Assembly (NCBI GenBank): GCA_963795855.1
Contig: CAWCIZ010000001.1
Coordinates: 1 to 64,000, forward strand
DNA: 64,000 nucleotides
Source of the DNA: Vulcanimicrobiota bacterium
GTDB taxonomy: Bacteria > Vulcanimicrobiota > Vulcanimicrobiia > Vulcanimicrobiales > Vulcanimicrobiaceae
Reading direction: 5' to 3'
Part shown: positions 53,689-64,000 of the stretch, in pieces
Numbering within the stretch: the first letter of the stretch is position 1
Layout: every line of letters begins with the position of its first letter
Notes under the pieces: model-generated
Seen by the model: only the letters and a program-made list of their open reading frames with translations
What the model was told of the DNA's origin: nothing
Database searches by the model: none
Position numbers and translations under genes: made by a program

Positions 53689-54237
53689 ATGAGTGCCCGG
53701 TTGCCGGTAGAAAACAGCGATACCGTGAGTCTGGTTTGCGCATTGCTCGTGCGCTATCCGGAGATCGCGTCCATTCGCAGCATGCCCGGCGACGGCACCG
53801 TCCGCTTCAGTTACGCCGTCGCTTCGCGCATCGACCGCGCGACGCAGCGCGGCATCGGCGAGGAGATCGAAGCGCACGTCGACGGCTTCCTCTCGCTGGT
53901 CGGCGACCGCGGCGAGATCAAAGTCGAATGCGAGTCCGATCGCGCGCTCAGTTTCGTGCACGTCACGCGCGACTTGGAGACGTTCACCAAAGACGAACTC
54001 GCGATGCTTACCAGCTTCCTCGCCGACCGCTTCGGCAACGCGCTCGTGCGCAATCCCGTTCCCGACGAACAGGCCGACGAGGATCCCGCTTTTCAAGATG
54101 AATTGGCCGAGTCGGCGATTGAAGCGCTGCGCGATCCGGCTCAATCGAAGAGTTTGGTCGGATTCCGCGAGGAGAAGCGCGTTCTGGTATACTTTTTGAA
54201 ATCGCAGAAGAAAGCAAAGGCGTCGGCCCGCAGATAG
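53689..54237 (+). CDS. hypothetical protein
   Basis: VSLVCALLVRYPEI...LVGFREEKRVLVY; coupled to ymdB. Confidence 0.7.
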   Translation: MSARLPVENSDTVSLVCALLVRYPEIASIRSMPGDGTVRFSYAVASRIDRATQRGIGEEIEAHVDGFLSLVGDRGEIKVECESDRALSFVHVTRDLETFTKDELAMLTSFLADRFGNALVRNPVPDEQADEDPAFQDELAESAIEALRDPAQSKSLVGFREEKRVLVYFLKSQKKAKASARR

Positions 54238-55032
54238 TGCAGCACAGTCACCCTGCTCCTGATAGGAGACGTCGTCGGTTCGCCCGGCCGCGACACCCTC
54301 AAACGATGCGTTCCGCTCGCGCGCGATCAGTATAACGTCGACATCTGCATCGCGAACGGCGAAAACGCCGCCGGCGGCTTCGGTTTGACCGCTCAGACCG
54401 CGGACGAGATGTTTGCGACGGGCGTCGACTTCATCACCAGCGGCAATCACATTTTCGACAAGCGCGACTTCAAGCCGTATCTGGACTCGAGCGATCGCGT
54501 GATCCGCCCGGCGAACTATCCGCCGGGGGTTCCGGGCCGCGGCGTCGGCTATATCTCCGCCAACGGCTACACCGTCGGGGTGCTCAACGTGATGGGGCGA
54601 ACGTTCATGCCGCCCGTCGACGACCCGTTCCGGACGGCCGAAGTAGCCCTGGACGAGCTCGCGGACCGCACGAAGATCATCGTGGTCGACGTCCACGCCG
54701 AGGCAACCAGCGAAAAAATTGCCCTGGGCCGGTATCTTGACGGACGCGTCTCGGCAATCTACGGTACTCACACGCACGTTCAAACGGCGGACGAGCAGAT
54801 TTTGCCGGGGGGAACGGCTTACCTCACGGACGTTGGGATGACGGGCCCGACGGACGGCGTCATCGGCATGGAGACCGGACCCGTCCTGGATAGATTCACA
54901 ACCGGCTTCTCGGAACGTTTCTCGGTGCAGAAGTCGGGAACCAAACAGTTCTGTGCCGTCGTCGTAGCAATCGATGTGGAGACCGGACGCGCGACGCAAA
55001 TCAAGCGCATCTTCCAGCGAGGCATAGCATGA
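54237..55032 (+). CDS. ymdB: YmdB/TIGR00282 metallophosphoesterase (start uncertain)
   Basis: IGDVVGSPGR, ANGENAAGG, TSGNH, DVHAEATSEK, GTHTHVQTAD, TDVGMTG. Confidence 0.93.
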
Positions 55033-55325
55033 TAGACGATCCGGCAAAACACATCGGTACGAGCGTTCTCAAAGTCTCCGCGAAGAGCAATCCGAATTCC
55101 GTTGCGGGCGCCCTGGCCGCGGTATTGCGCGAGCGCGAAACGGCGGAACTGCAGGCAGTCGGAGCGGGCGCGATCAATCAGGCGGTGAAGGCCATCGCCA
55201 TCGCGCGCAGCTACTTGAAGACGAGCCAAATCGATCTCGCGTGCGCGCCTTCCTTTATAGATGTGGAAATCAACGGGAACGAACGCACGGGGATATCGCT
55301 CGCCGTCGAACGGCGCACCCTCTAG
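55029..55325 (+). CDS. spoVS: stage V sporulation protein S family
   Basis: VLKVSAKSNPNSVAGALA...QAVGAGAINQAVKAIAIAR. Confidence 0.95.
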   Translation: MIDDPAKHIGTSVLKVSAKSNPNSVAGALAAVLRERETAELQAVGAGAINQAVKAIAIARSYLKTSQIDLACAPSFIDVEINGNERTGISLAVERRTL

Positions 55326-55331
55326 CCGCAG

Positions 55332-56138
55332 TTGCTCGTAGACTTCCACTCGCACACCTTCGAGAGCGACGGCACCCTCGCGCCTTCGGCGCTCTGCGAA
55401 CTGATGCAGAAGCGCGGCGTGCGCATTTTTTCCATTACGGATCACGACACGATCGAGGCGTATGGACGGTTTGACGTGCCCAAGCATATGCGTGCGGTCG
55501 TCGGCATCGAGATCAACACGACGTATCGAGACGGCGAGGTTCACATCCTCGGCTATCGACTGCCGACCGGCGAATCGCCGCTCACCAACGTGCTCGAACA
55601 AAACCGTGCCGCCCGGCGTGTGCGCGTGGGGCGAATCGTCGACCAATTGCGCGCGGCCGGTCACGAGATAACGATGGACGACATCCGTGCAGAGGCTCGA
55701 GAAGGTGCCTCGCTCGGTCGTCCGCACGTGGGCAAAGCGCTGATTCGCCTCGGTATTGCGCCCGACATCGAAACGGCGTTCCGCTCCTTTCTGCGGCGTG
55801 GTACGCCTGGGTACGTTCCGTCGACGCACATCACGCCGCACGAGGCGATCGACGTGATTCTCGCGTCCGGCGGCGTGCCGGTGCTCGCGCACCCCGGGCG
55901 CTTAAAAGACTATTCGATGATCGACGAACTTGCCGAACGCGGGCTGCAGGGGCTGGAAGTTTTCTATCCCACGCACGAATCGGCGCAGATTCAGCATTTC
56001 CGCGATCGCGCGCGCCGGTTGAATCTCGTTATGACCGCCGGCTCGGACTTTCACGATATCCGCTACCACAAACGCGGCGTTGGGGTCGAGGTAGACCAGG
56101 CGGACATCACGCCGTTCTTGAACCTGATTCTAAACTGA
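55332..56138 (+). CDS. PHP domain protein
   Basis: DFHSHT..SDG, ITDHDT, GRPH, LAHP, GSDFH. Confidence 0.93.
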   Translation: MLVDFHSHTFESDGTLAPSALCELMQKRGVRIFSITDHDTIEAYGRFDVPKHMRAVVGIEINTTYRDGEVHILGYRLPTGESPLTNVLEQNRAARRVRVGRIVDQLRAAGHEITMDDIRAEAREGASLGRPHVGKALIRLGIAPDIETAFRSFLRRGTPGYVPSTHITPHEAIDVILASGGVPVLAHPGRLKDYSMIDELAERGLQGLEVFYPTHESAQIQHFRDRARRLNLVMTAGSDFHDIRYHKRGVGVEVDQADITPFLNLILN

Positions 56139-56155
56139 TTTTCGGAGGGTTACGG

Positions 56156-58834
56156 GTGGTGAAGCTCTTCATTCCGCTGCTTTGCGCGTGCGCTGTTGCC
56201 GCATTTGCGCAGGCGCCCGCCGCGGCGCAGCCTGCGTCGCAAGCGGACGTCACGCTTGCGAACGGATTACGGGTCGTCGTTATTCGCGATCCACTCGCGC
56301 CGGTCGTTACGACCGTGATGACGTACGGCGTCGGATCGAACGACGACACCGTTCCGGGCGTCGCGCATGCAACGGAACACATGCTCTTCCGCGGATTCGA
56401 CGGCTTGACGTCGGGCCAATTCGCCGACGTCGCCACGCGAATGGGCGGCGCCTACGACGCGCAGACGACCAACGAGTACACGCAGTACTACTTTACGGTG
56501 CCCTCGCAATACGCCGGGCTGGTTTTGCGGCTCGAAGCGATGCGCATGACCGGTGCATGGATGGCGGACGCGGAATGGGCGAACGAGCGCGGCGCGATAG
56601 AACAAGAGCTGCAAGCGCAAGAAAGCAACCCCGGTTATGCCGTGGGCATGCGCTTACGCGCGCGCATGTTCGGCGACACGCCGCTTGCGAAGGACGCGGG
56701 CGGAACGCTGCATGGCATACGTACGCTGACGGCCGCGCAAATCCGCGCGTTCTATCGCGCCTGGTACCATCCCAACAATGCGATCCTCGTCGTCGCGGGA
56801 GACGTCGTTCCCAGCGACATCGTCGCACGGGCGCAAGCGGCCTTCGGAGCGATTCCCGCTGCGCGGCTTCCCGCTCACGCGAAAATTGCGCCGAGCGCTC
56901 CCGAATCCGCTACGGTAAACGAACGAGCCGACGTTCCGCTTTCGACCGTCGCCTTCGTCTACCGTTATCCGTCGCTGGACTCGGCCGACTATGCTGCGAG
57001 TTTGGTGCTGCAGACGGCGTTGGACGATCCGCGCGGCGCCCTGACGAATTTGGCAGCGGCGGGGAAAGCGCACGGTGCGGCAATGATCGCGGGCGCGTAT
57101 CCCGAGGTCGGCTACGCCTTCGTTTCCGCCGGCGTGCCGACCGGAGCCGCCGTCGACGAGACGCAATCGCTGTTGAACGATACCGTGCAATCGTATCTGC
57201 GCGGCGGCGTACCGCCGGAATTGATCGCCGACGCGAAACGGCGTCTGAGCGCATCCCACGCCTTCGAACTCGCGTCGATTGAAGGACTTGCGTTCGCATG
57301 GGCTGACGCGATGCAGACGGGCCAGAAGTCACCTCTCGCGATCTACAATCAAATCGCGTCGGTGACCGCTGCCGACGTCGACCGCGTGCTGCATACGTAT
57401 CTAGCGCCGGAGCGGCGCATCGTCGTCGTGCTTCAGCCGAACGGTACCGTACAGCAGAGTGCGTCGACTGCCGCGCCCGTGACCGAAAACGTGGCGTACA
57501 CGGGCGGATCGCCGGAGCGCCCGCCCGGGTGGGCAATGGCGTACTTCAAAGACGCGCTGCACGCGCCTGCGCCCGTCGAGCACGCGCAGTTTTACGTTTT
57601 GCCGAACGGCATACATCTCTCCGTGCTGCCAGAACGCGCCGCGCCGGTCGTCATGCTGGCCGGCTCGATCAAGATGAATCAAACGCTGCATGCAGCCGTT
57701 TCAAAACAAGGCGTGCTCGAGATGACCTCCGCGCTTCAGGGATGGGGCGGCGGCGGATACGACCGGCGCGGATTCGCGGCAGCCGCGTCGGCGATCCCGG
57801 CGGCGGTCGTTCCAGGGAGCGCGTTTGCGTTGCGAACGGAATCGAAAAACTTCGATCGCGCGCTCGCGCTGCTTGCCGCCGTGCAACTGCATCCGGCGTT
57901 TCCGCAAGAAGGGCTGGACGTGCTGCGCAACTCGTTCGCGCAAAACCTCGCCGCCGAACAAAGCCGGCCGGACTGGACCGCGCGCCTTGCGATGGAAGCG
58001 GCGCTTTATCCGCCGGCCGATCCGGTGCGCAAACATCCGACGCCGGCGTCCGTGCGCGGACTCACGCTTGGCGACGTGCGGGCGTGGTATGCGAGTGCAT
58101 ACCGGCCGGATCTCACGACGATCGCCGTCGTCGGCGACGTTTCTCCGCAATACGTGCGGAGCGAGATTCAAAAATACTTCGGCTCGTGGCGCGCGCACGG
58201 ACCAAAACCCGACTTCCACTATCCGAACATCTCGCTGAACAAAACGGCGAACGTCGACGTGCCGTCGTCCGATGCGCGCCAAACGACCGTGCAGCTCACC
58301 GAACTGCTGCCGGTCTATCAAAAAGACAAAGACGCTTTAGCGCTCGAGCTTGCCGACACGCTGCTCACGGGCGAGGGCAGCGGTTCGCAGCTTTTCGTCG
58401 ACTTGCGCAAGAACACCGGGTACGTGTACGACGTCTTCTCGACGCTGGACATCGGCAAGGTGCGCTCGACGTACCAGTTCACCTTTGCTTCGGATCCGAA
58501 AAACGCGCAAGCGGCGACTGCGCGGCTCTTGGCGGACCTGCACCACTTGCAGACGAGTTTGATCGGTGAAGACGAACTGACGCGCGCCAAAGAAACGATT
58601 CTTGCGGACAGCGTTCTGCCGCTCGCGTCGTACTCGAGTATCGTGGAACAGCTGCTCAGTGCGGCGTCGGGGACGCGAACCGCTGCAACCGGCAGCTACG
58701 CCAAGACGTCCGCATGGCAAGCGCTGCTCTCGCTCACACCGCAGCAGACTTCGAGCGGCCGCCGCAAAGTGGATTCGCGCAAACGGCTTCGTTCGCGTGA
58801 CGATCTCTCCGGCCGGAAGGACGGCGATTCTTAA
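56156..58834 (+). CDS. secreted M16 (pitrilysin) family peptidase
   Basis: HATEHMLF (HXXEH), two M16 halves. Confidence 0.92.
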   Translation: MVKLFIPLLCACAVAAFAQAPAAAQPASQADVTLANGLRVVVIRDPLAPVVTTVMTYGVGSNDDTVPGVAHATEHMLFRGFDGLTSGQFADVATRMGGAYDAQTTNEYTQYYFTVPSQYAGLVLRLEAMRMTGAWMADAEWANERGAIEQELQAQESNPGYAVGMRLRARMFGDTPLAKDAGGTLHGIRTLTAAQIRAFYRAWYHPNNAILVVAGDVVPSDIVARAQAAFGAIPAARLPAHAKIAPSAPESATVNERADVPLSTVAFVYRYPSLDSADYAASLVLQTALDDPRGALTNLAAAGKAHGAAMIAGAYPEVGYAFVSAGVPTGAAVDETQSLLNDTVQSYLRGGVPPELIADAKRRLSASHAFELASIEGLAFAWADAMQTGQKSPLAIYNQIASVTAADVDRVLHTYLAPERRIVVVLQPNGTVQQSASTAAPVTENVAYTGGSPERPPGWAMAYFKDALHAPAPVEHAQFYVLPNGIHLSVLPERAAPVVMLAGSIKMNQTLHAAVSKQGVLEMTSALQGWGGGGYDRRGFAAAASAIPAAVVPGSAFALRTESKNFDRALALLAAVQLHPAFPQEGLDVLRNSFAQNLAAEQSRPDWTARLAMEAALYPPADPVRKHPTPASVRGLTLGDVRAWYASAYRPDLTTIAVVGDVSPQYVRSEIQKYFGSWRAHGPKPDFHYPNISLNKTANVDVPSSDARQTTVQLTELLPVYQKDKDALALELADTLLTGEGSGSQLFVDLRKNTGYVYDVFSTLDIGKVRSTYQFTFASDPKNAQAATARLLADLHHLQTSLIGEDELTRAKETILADSVLPLASYSSIVEQLLSAASGTRTAATGSYAKTSAWQALLSLTPQQTSSGRRKVDSRKRLRSRDDLSGRKDGDS

Positions 58835-58882
58835 CCGAAGACCCTAGGCCGCCTGCTGGGCAGGCAGGAATATCTTCGGGTT

Positions 58883-61800
58883 GTGAATCGGACCATCGAG
58901 CGCAAACGGGTCCGCAGCCGTATCTGGGACGCATTAACGTACCGGGTGACTGTCCTGCGCGCGCCCGCAGGCTTCGGTAAGTCGACGGCGCTGCAGGATG
59001 CGATCGACCATTTCGACCGCGCGCCGGTGGTTCGCTACACGCTCGGCGCCAACGTCGATTCCGCATGGACGTTCGTGCGCGGTCTTGCGAGCGCACTTCA
59101 GAACGTCAGCCCGTCGGTGCGACTCTCGCTCGCGGGCGCGTGGGAGCGCGCCGCCGACTCGCCGGTGCCGGAAGAGCATCTCGCGCGCTGGCTCTACGCG
59201 CACGTCGGCGCGGCGCCGCTGACGATCGTCGTCGATCAGCTTCATCACGCCGCGGCGAACGCGTTCATGGAACGGCTGCTTGCGCGCCTCGTCGATTTAT
59301 GTCCGCCGGAGGTTCGGTGGGTGTACAGCTTGCGCACGGACGCGGATCTGCCCATTCCGCGGTGGCTCGCGGACGGCACGATGGCGCTGCCGATCGATTC
59401 CGAAGTGTTGCGGTTCAACGATGCGGAGATCGCGCTCGCCGCCTCGCAATGCGGACGATCGTTCTCCGACGCGCAAGTCGCCGAAATCGCGCGACGGACG
59501 GCGGGGTGGCCGATGGGCGTGATGTTCGCGCTGCGCGACACCACGGGCGCTCGTGCGCTGATGGGCTCGGGCACCGGCTCGTACGCCGTGCTCGCCGAAT
59601 CGATTTTCCACGATCGCACGGAACGCGAACGCGAATTTCTGCTCGTCACCAGTCTGCTGCCGCAGCTCGACGTCGCGTTGTGCCGTGCCGCCGGATTCGG
59701 CGACGCACCGCAATTGCTTAAAGCGATGGAACGGGATGCGGGGTTTATCTTCGCTGCCAACGCGGATGCGCCGCAATATCACGACAGCCTGGCCGGCTAT
59801 CTTCAAGGCATTCTGCGATCGCGTGGAGCGATGCACTTCGATGCGGTTCTGGCGATCGCGGCGTCCGCTCTGGAAGAGCTGGGACGCTTGGACGAAGCGC
59901 TGAATCTGGTCACGAAATATGAATTGCGTTCGGAGATCGCGCGCCTGCTGGACCGGTACGGCCTGCGCATGATGCAGAACGGCGACGGGCAAACGCTTCA
60001 AACCGCGCTGGCTTTGCTCGGCGAACCGGCGGATGGCTGGAGCGGTCAAACGCTCGCGCTCAAATCCATCGTGGAATCGCGCGCCGGAAAATTCGACACG
60101 TCGGATGCGTGGATGCGATCCGCGCTCGAGCAAACAGAAAATCCGCTGCGCGCGGAGATCGCCTACCGCTGCGCATCCGAAATGCTGCAGCGCCGCAGGG
60201 CTACCGCAATAGAACTGCTCGAACCGTATTCTGCCGACGCGCAAGCACCGCTCAAAACGCGCGTTTCGATTCTCTCGGCTCTGGGCTCTGCCTACATGCA
60301 AGCCGGAGATTCTGCGCGCGCACGGGCGTGCATCAAAGATGCGCTCGCGTTGGGCGAAAAGGTCGACGATCCGAGCGTACTCGTGCCGCTCGACGTGCGC
60401 GGTGCCTACGTGCTGCTGTATTCGGGCGATCGCGACGCAGCCAAAGATCTCGCGCTGCGCGGCGCGCAGCTCGCTACGCAGTCCGCGCAATTTCAAATGG
60501 CGTGCGCGGCATACAGCACGCTCTACGCCGCCGCGGCCGACGAAGACGAACCGCTGCAGTGCCTGCAGTACCTTTCGCAGACTGGCCGATAACGCCGCAA
60601 AGTCCGGCAACCCGCGCATGCAGCTCTACGCGTTGATGACGCGCTTCGAACTGGAGACTGAATCGGGCGACCTGGAAGCGATCGCCGAAGTGCGCAAAGG
60701 GTTGCAATTCTTCGACGTGCATTACGAAGAACTCGACACGAGCGAAACGGTTTTGCCCTCGCACGCGCTGGAGCTGGCCTGGGAACGCCGCTTCGACGAA
60801 GCATACCGGCTGCTGCTCGCGAGCGCAGAGCACCAGATCGAACCGGATCGCGCGGCGCTCCGCTGGGCGGAAGTCGCGCTCTACGCTTCGGCGTGCGGCG
60901 CTCGAGCCGATGCGCGCAAAGCGCTTTCCGCCGTGCGGCGCGCGCTGGCCAATCAATCCGGCAAATCGGTGCGCGCGTATCGCGCACAGGTGCTCGCGGC
61001 GGTTGCGCTGGCAGTGCTCGGCAGGCGCAGGATTTCCCGCGCGCTGTTGGAGTCGCTCGAATCGACCGCGCCGTCTTCGCGATTGCGCGCGTTGCTCGGA
61101 GCCGCGCGGGAACTGGAACGCGCGCTCGCCGGCGGCCGCAATGCGCGGGTGTTGGATGACGCGATGAACGCGCTGCGAAGCCACGAATCCGGCGGCATCG
61201 CGCGAGCATTGCTTGCTTTGCCGAGAACGCAGCGGCGCAACGCCGTTGCCGCGGCCGGTGCTCTCCAAAACGATATCGACGAGTTCAGCGAGGTGCTGCT
61301 GCAAAAAGCGACGCTCGAAGAAGACCGCAGCGTGGAGGTGGACACGGGCGTTCGCGTCCTCGCCGAACGGCTCTGCGAATTTCTCGACGAAGCGAATGCG
61401 CGGTCGCTGCGAACCTGGATGGATGCGTTCGTGGAGCGATACCGCAACGCCGAATCGATTCGCACCGTCGTATCGCTTGCGCCCAGCGCACTGCAAGAGT
61501 TTCTCGCGGTGCGGCGCGTCGAGCCGGCGCAGGCCGACGTGCTCGCGGCGATGGACGGCGTCGTTCAGGCGACGATGCAGCGCTACCAACGCTTAGCCGC
61601 TCCGGCCAGGGTCGAACTGGTGGATGAGATCGACGCAGCGATCAACGCGCTCATCGCTCGGCTGGACGCTGCCGACCCGTTGACCGGCGAACATTCGCGC
61701 GCGGTTGCGTCGTGGTGTTCGCGCCTCGCGCGCAAATTGGGCCTCGGACACGACGAGATCGTGCTCGCGTCTCGGAGCGGCCTGATTCACGACGTCGGCA

Positions 61801-62180
61801 AGACGTTCACGCCGATCGAAGTGCTGTGCGCGCCGCGGTCTCTGACGGCCGAGGAGTGGGAAGTGATGCGAGCGCATGCGGCGGTGGGCGAAGAGATCGT
61901 GCTCGCGAACGCCACGCTCGCGCATCTGGCGCCGGCGGTTCGCAGTCACCACGAGCGCCTCGATGGCCGCGGCTACCCCGACGGAACCGCCGGGTCCAAG
62001 ATCCCCTTCATGGCGCGCCTGGTGGCGGTAGCGGACTGCTTCAATGCCATGATCGGCCGGCGCCCCTATCGCCGGCCGATGCCGCCGTCCATTGCCCTAA
62101 TGGAGATCGAGCGTCATCGCGGCACCCAATTCGATCCCGAGATAGCGGACGCACTCATCCAGGTCGTGCGCGGAGCCTAG
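58883..62180 (+). CDS. MalT-like P-loop NTPase/TPR protein with C-terminal HD-GYP domain (frameshift near 60580)
   Basis: APAGFGKST, LRF, TAGWP, YHD; EHSRAV, HDVGK, HHERLDGRGYP, RPYR. Confidence 0.8.
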
Positions 62181-62281
62181 CCGCCAAAAAGGCGCCTAAT
62201 GGCCCATGCCTTAGGCAGGCAGGTGCACTATAGTGTTAAGGGATAGCCTGCTTTCCGTAAGCAGGCATTGGGGGAGCCTTA

Positions 62282-63563
62282 ATGAGACGTGTTTATATGC
62301 GCCCGCTTGCAGGCATTGCGCTGCTTGCTTTGCTGTGCGCCTGCGGATCGCCGAGCGGAACCTTACCCTCGACGCGCGACATTTCGCCGCAGACCGCGCA
62401 CGCGATTCCGATCGGAACGCCGACGCCTTCGCCCGCGCCGCTGCTGGGCGGATTGCTGAGCCCGGTGCTGACGCTGGCGACGAGTTTGCTGCCGGTGTGC
62501 TCGATCGTGAACTTCTCGCAAGCGGAGTGCGGTGCGGTGCGCAACTTGCAGGTGACGGGCATCCTGGACGGGCTGCTGGGCCTGCTGGGCGTGATCCAAG
62601 GCTACCATCCAGCCGACATTCAGAGAGCCTACGGCTTCCCGTCGAGCAGCGCCGGACACGGCCAGACCATCGGCCTCGTGGTCGCGTACGACGATCCGAA
62701 AGCCGAGTCGGACCTTGCCGTGTACCGCTCCCGCTTCAAGCTGGCACGTGTTCGACGTCGAACGGATGCTTCCGGAAAATTGCGGAACAGGGCGCGTCCT
62801 CACTGCCCGCCGGCGACCAGTCGTGGGCGCAAGAGACGTCTATCGACCTCGACATGGCGTCTGCCGTTTGCCCGCATTGCAACCTGCTGCTGGTGGAAGC
62901 GAGTCCGCAGACGTGAGCGATTTGATGGCCGCAATTCAAACGGCGATTGCAAACGGCGCGACGGTCGTGAGCAATAGCTACGCAGCCGTCGAGCAGCCCT
63001 CGCTCATCGCCTACGACTCGCAATTGAATCATCCGGGCATTCCGATCGTTGCAGGCGCCGGCGACAGCGGCTTCGGCGTCGGCTGGCCCGCGTCGTCGTC
63101 ATACGTGACGGCGGTCGGCGGAACGTCGCTCAAACGCGCGTGGAATTCGCGCGGTTTCAACGACACCGTGTGGGATGCGACGGGCAGCGGATGCAGCGCG
63201 TACATCGCCAAGCCCGCATGGCAGAAGGACGCGCAATGCGGAATGCGTACGGTGGCCGACGTCGCGGCGGTCGCGGATCCGTACACGGGCGTCTCGGTCT
63301 ACGATACGTACTTGAACGGCGGCGGTTGGCTCGAGTTCGGCGGAACGAGCGTTGCCGCGCCGATTATCGCCGGAGCATACGCACTAGCGGGGAACGGCCG
63401 AAGCATCGCCGGAGCTTCGTACATCTACGCGCATGCGTCTTCGCTCACCGACGTAACGAGCGGTTCGAATGGTTCGTGCGACGTTACCTATCTCTGCAAT
63501 GCGGGCAGCGGGTACGACGGGCCTTCCGGGCTCGGCGTTCCGAAGGGCGTAGGCGCGTTCTAA
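62282..63563 (+). CDS. S53 (sedolisin) family peptidase lipoprotein (frameshifted)
   Basis: ETSIDLDMA, SNSY, AGDSG, AVGGT, GGTSVAAP, GYDGPSGLG. Confidence 0.9.
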
Positions 63564-64000
63564 CGCGCCAGTTCACCTAGCGAGGACCGAACGCGATCGA
63601 GCAGCTCGCCGGCTTCACGCCGCAGCTGTTCGATCGCTGTACGCTGCGCGGAAACCGTTGCCGCGTCGTCCATGTACTTGTGATTGATGCGCACGTTGTA
63701 AGTGCAAGCGCAAAGCGCAGCGTGTGCGAACTCCGCCGCACATCCGAGATCGCTGATCAGGTTCGCGTTGTTCAGTTCGAGCGCGTCCACCGTCAACGCC
63801 AGCACGTCGAGCGAAGCACGAGCGCCTTCCAGCGGCACCGCGGCGGCATCGTGCAGCGCGCGCTGCATCGCGTCCATGTCGCCCTTGGCCGCTACGACCG
63901 CGTCGAAGGCCCGTTCGTCCCGTTCTTTACGACTTAAGAACTCTTTGCGCATGCGGTCCGCTTGGTTTACGATGCGGTCGGTGAGCGCGCGTTTGGGCTC
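63560..64000 (-). CDS. formiminotransferase-cyclodeaminase C-terminal (cyclodeaminase/cyclohydrolase) family, partial
   Basis: DERAFDAV, AAAVPL, NANLISDLGCA, YNVRIN. Confidence 0.85.
   Translation of the reverse strand, partial: EPKRALTDRIVNQADRMRKEFLSRKERDERAFDAVVAAKGDMDAMQRALHDAAAVPLEGARASLDVLALTVDALELNNANLISDLGCAAEFAHAALCACTYNVRINHKYMDDAATVSAQRTAIEQLRREAGELLDRVRSSLGELAR

Noticed and set aside
55029..55325. spoVS as evidence of endosporulation
   Set aside because: SpoVS homologs occur in many non-sporulating bacteria, and no other spo genes are in the window

Overview
GC-rich bacterial genomic window from a diderm (TonB-dependent receptor, heptose enzymes and beta-barrel-like proteins together with spoVS/ymdB). 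The gene style suggests Vulcanimicrobiota/Eremiobacterota, which is inference only. Many genes are split by small indels, most densely in the first ~20 kb, which looks like long-read consensus error, so boundaries of split genes are approximate. Layout: (1) 1-19.8 kb is a general-stress-type block: Ppx/GppA, PPase, rhodanese, hemerythrin, a basic RKKSTGG-repeat/DUF6496-like protein, a carbamoyltransferase-glycosyltransferase cluster, LigC plus Prim-Pol, PRTase, holin-X/DUF3618 and Crp, with SigB/SigF-like promoter motifs. (2) tRNA-Leu(TAA) is followed by a small degenerate island (TonB-C fusion, IS3 and PemK/MazF-like remnants). (3) Peptidases, etfBA, a TPR protein, HDAC, an ECF sigma/anti-sigma/RseB-like set and two HprK-like kinases. 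(4) 39-53.5 kb is a probable copper-handling region: two SCO genes, MauE, TlpA, three His-motif paralogs, cytochrome c-YtkA, a multicopper oxidase, and a membrane protein ending in RPPP followed by a hairpin that covers the ribosome-binding site of a TonB-dependent receptor. (5) ymdB-spoVS-PHP, an M16 peptidase, a MalT-like NTPase/HD-GYP fusion, an S53 peptidase and a cyclodeaminase. The best novel-system candidate is the putative ribosome-arrest-controlled TonB receptor inside the copper oxidase operon, together with its uncharacterised His-motif lipoproteins.
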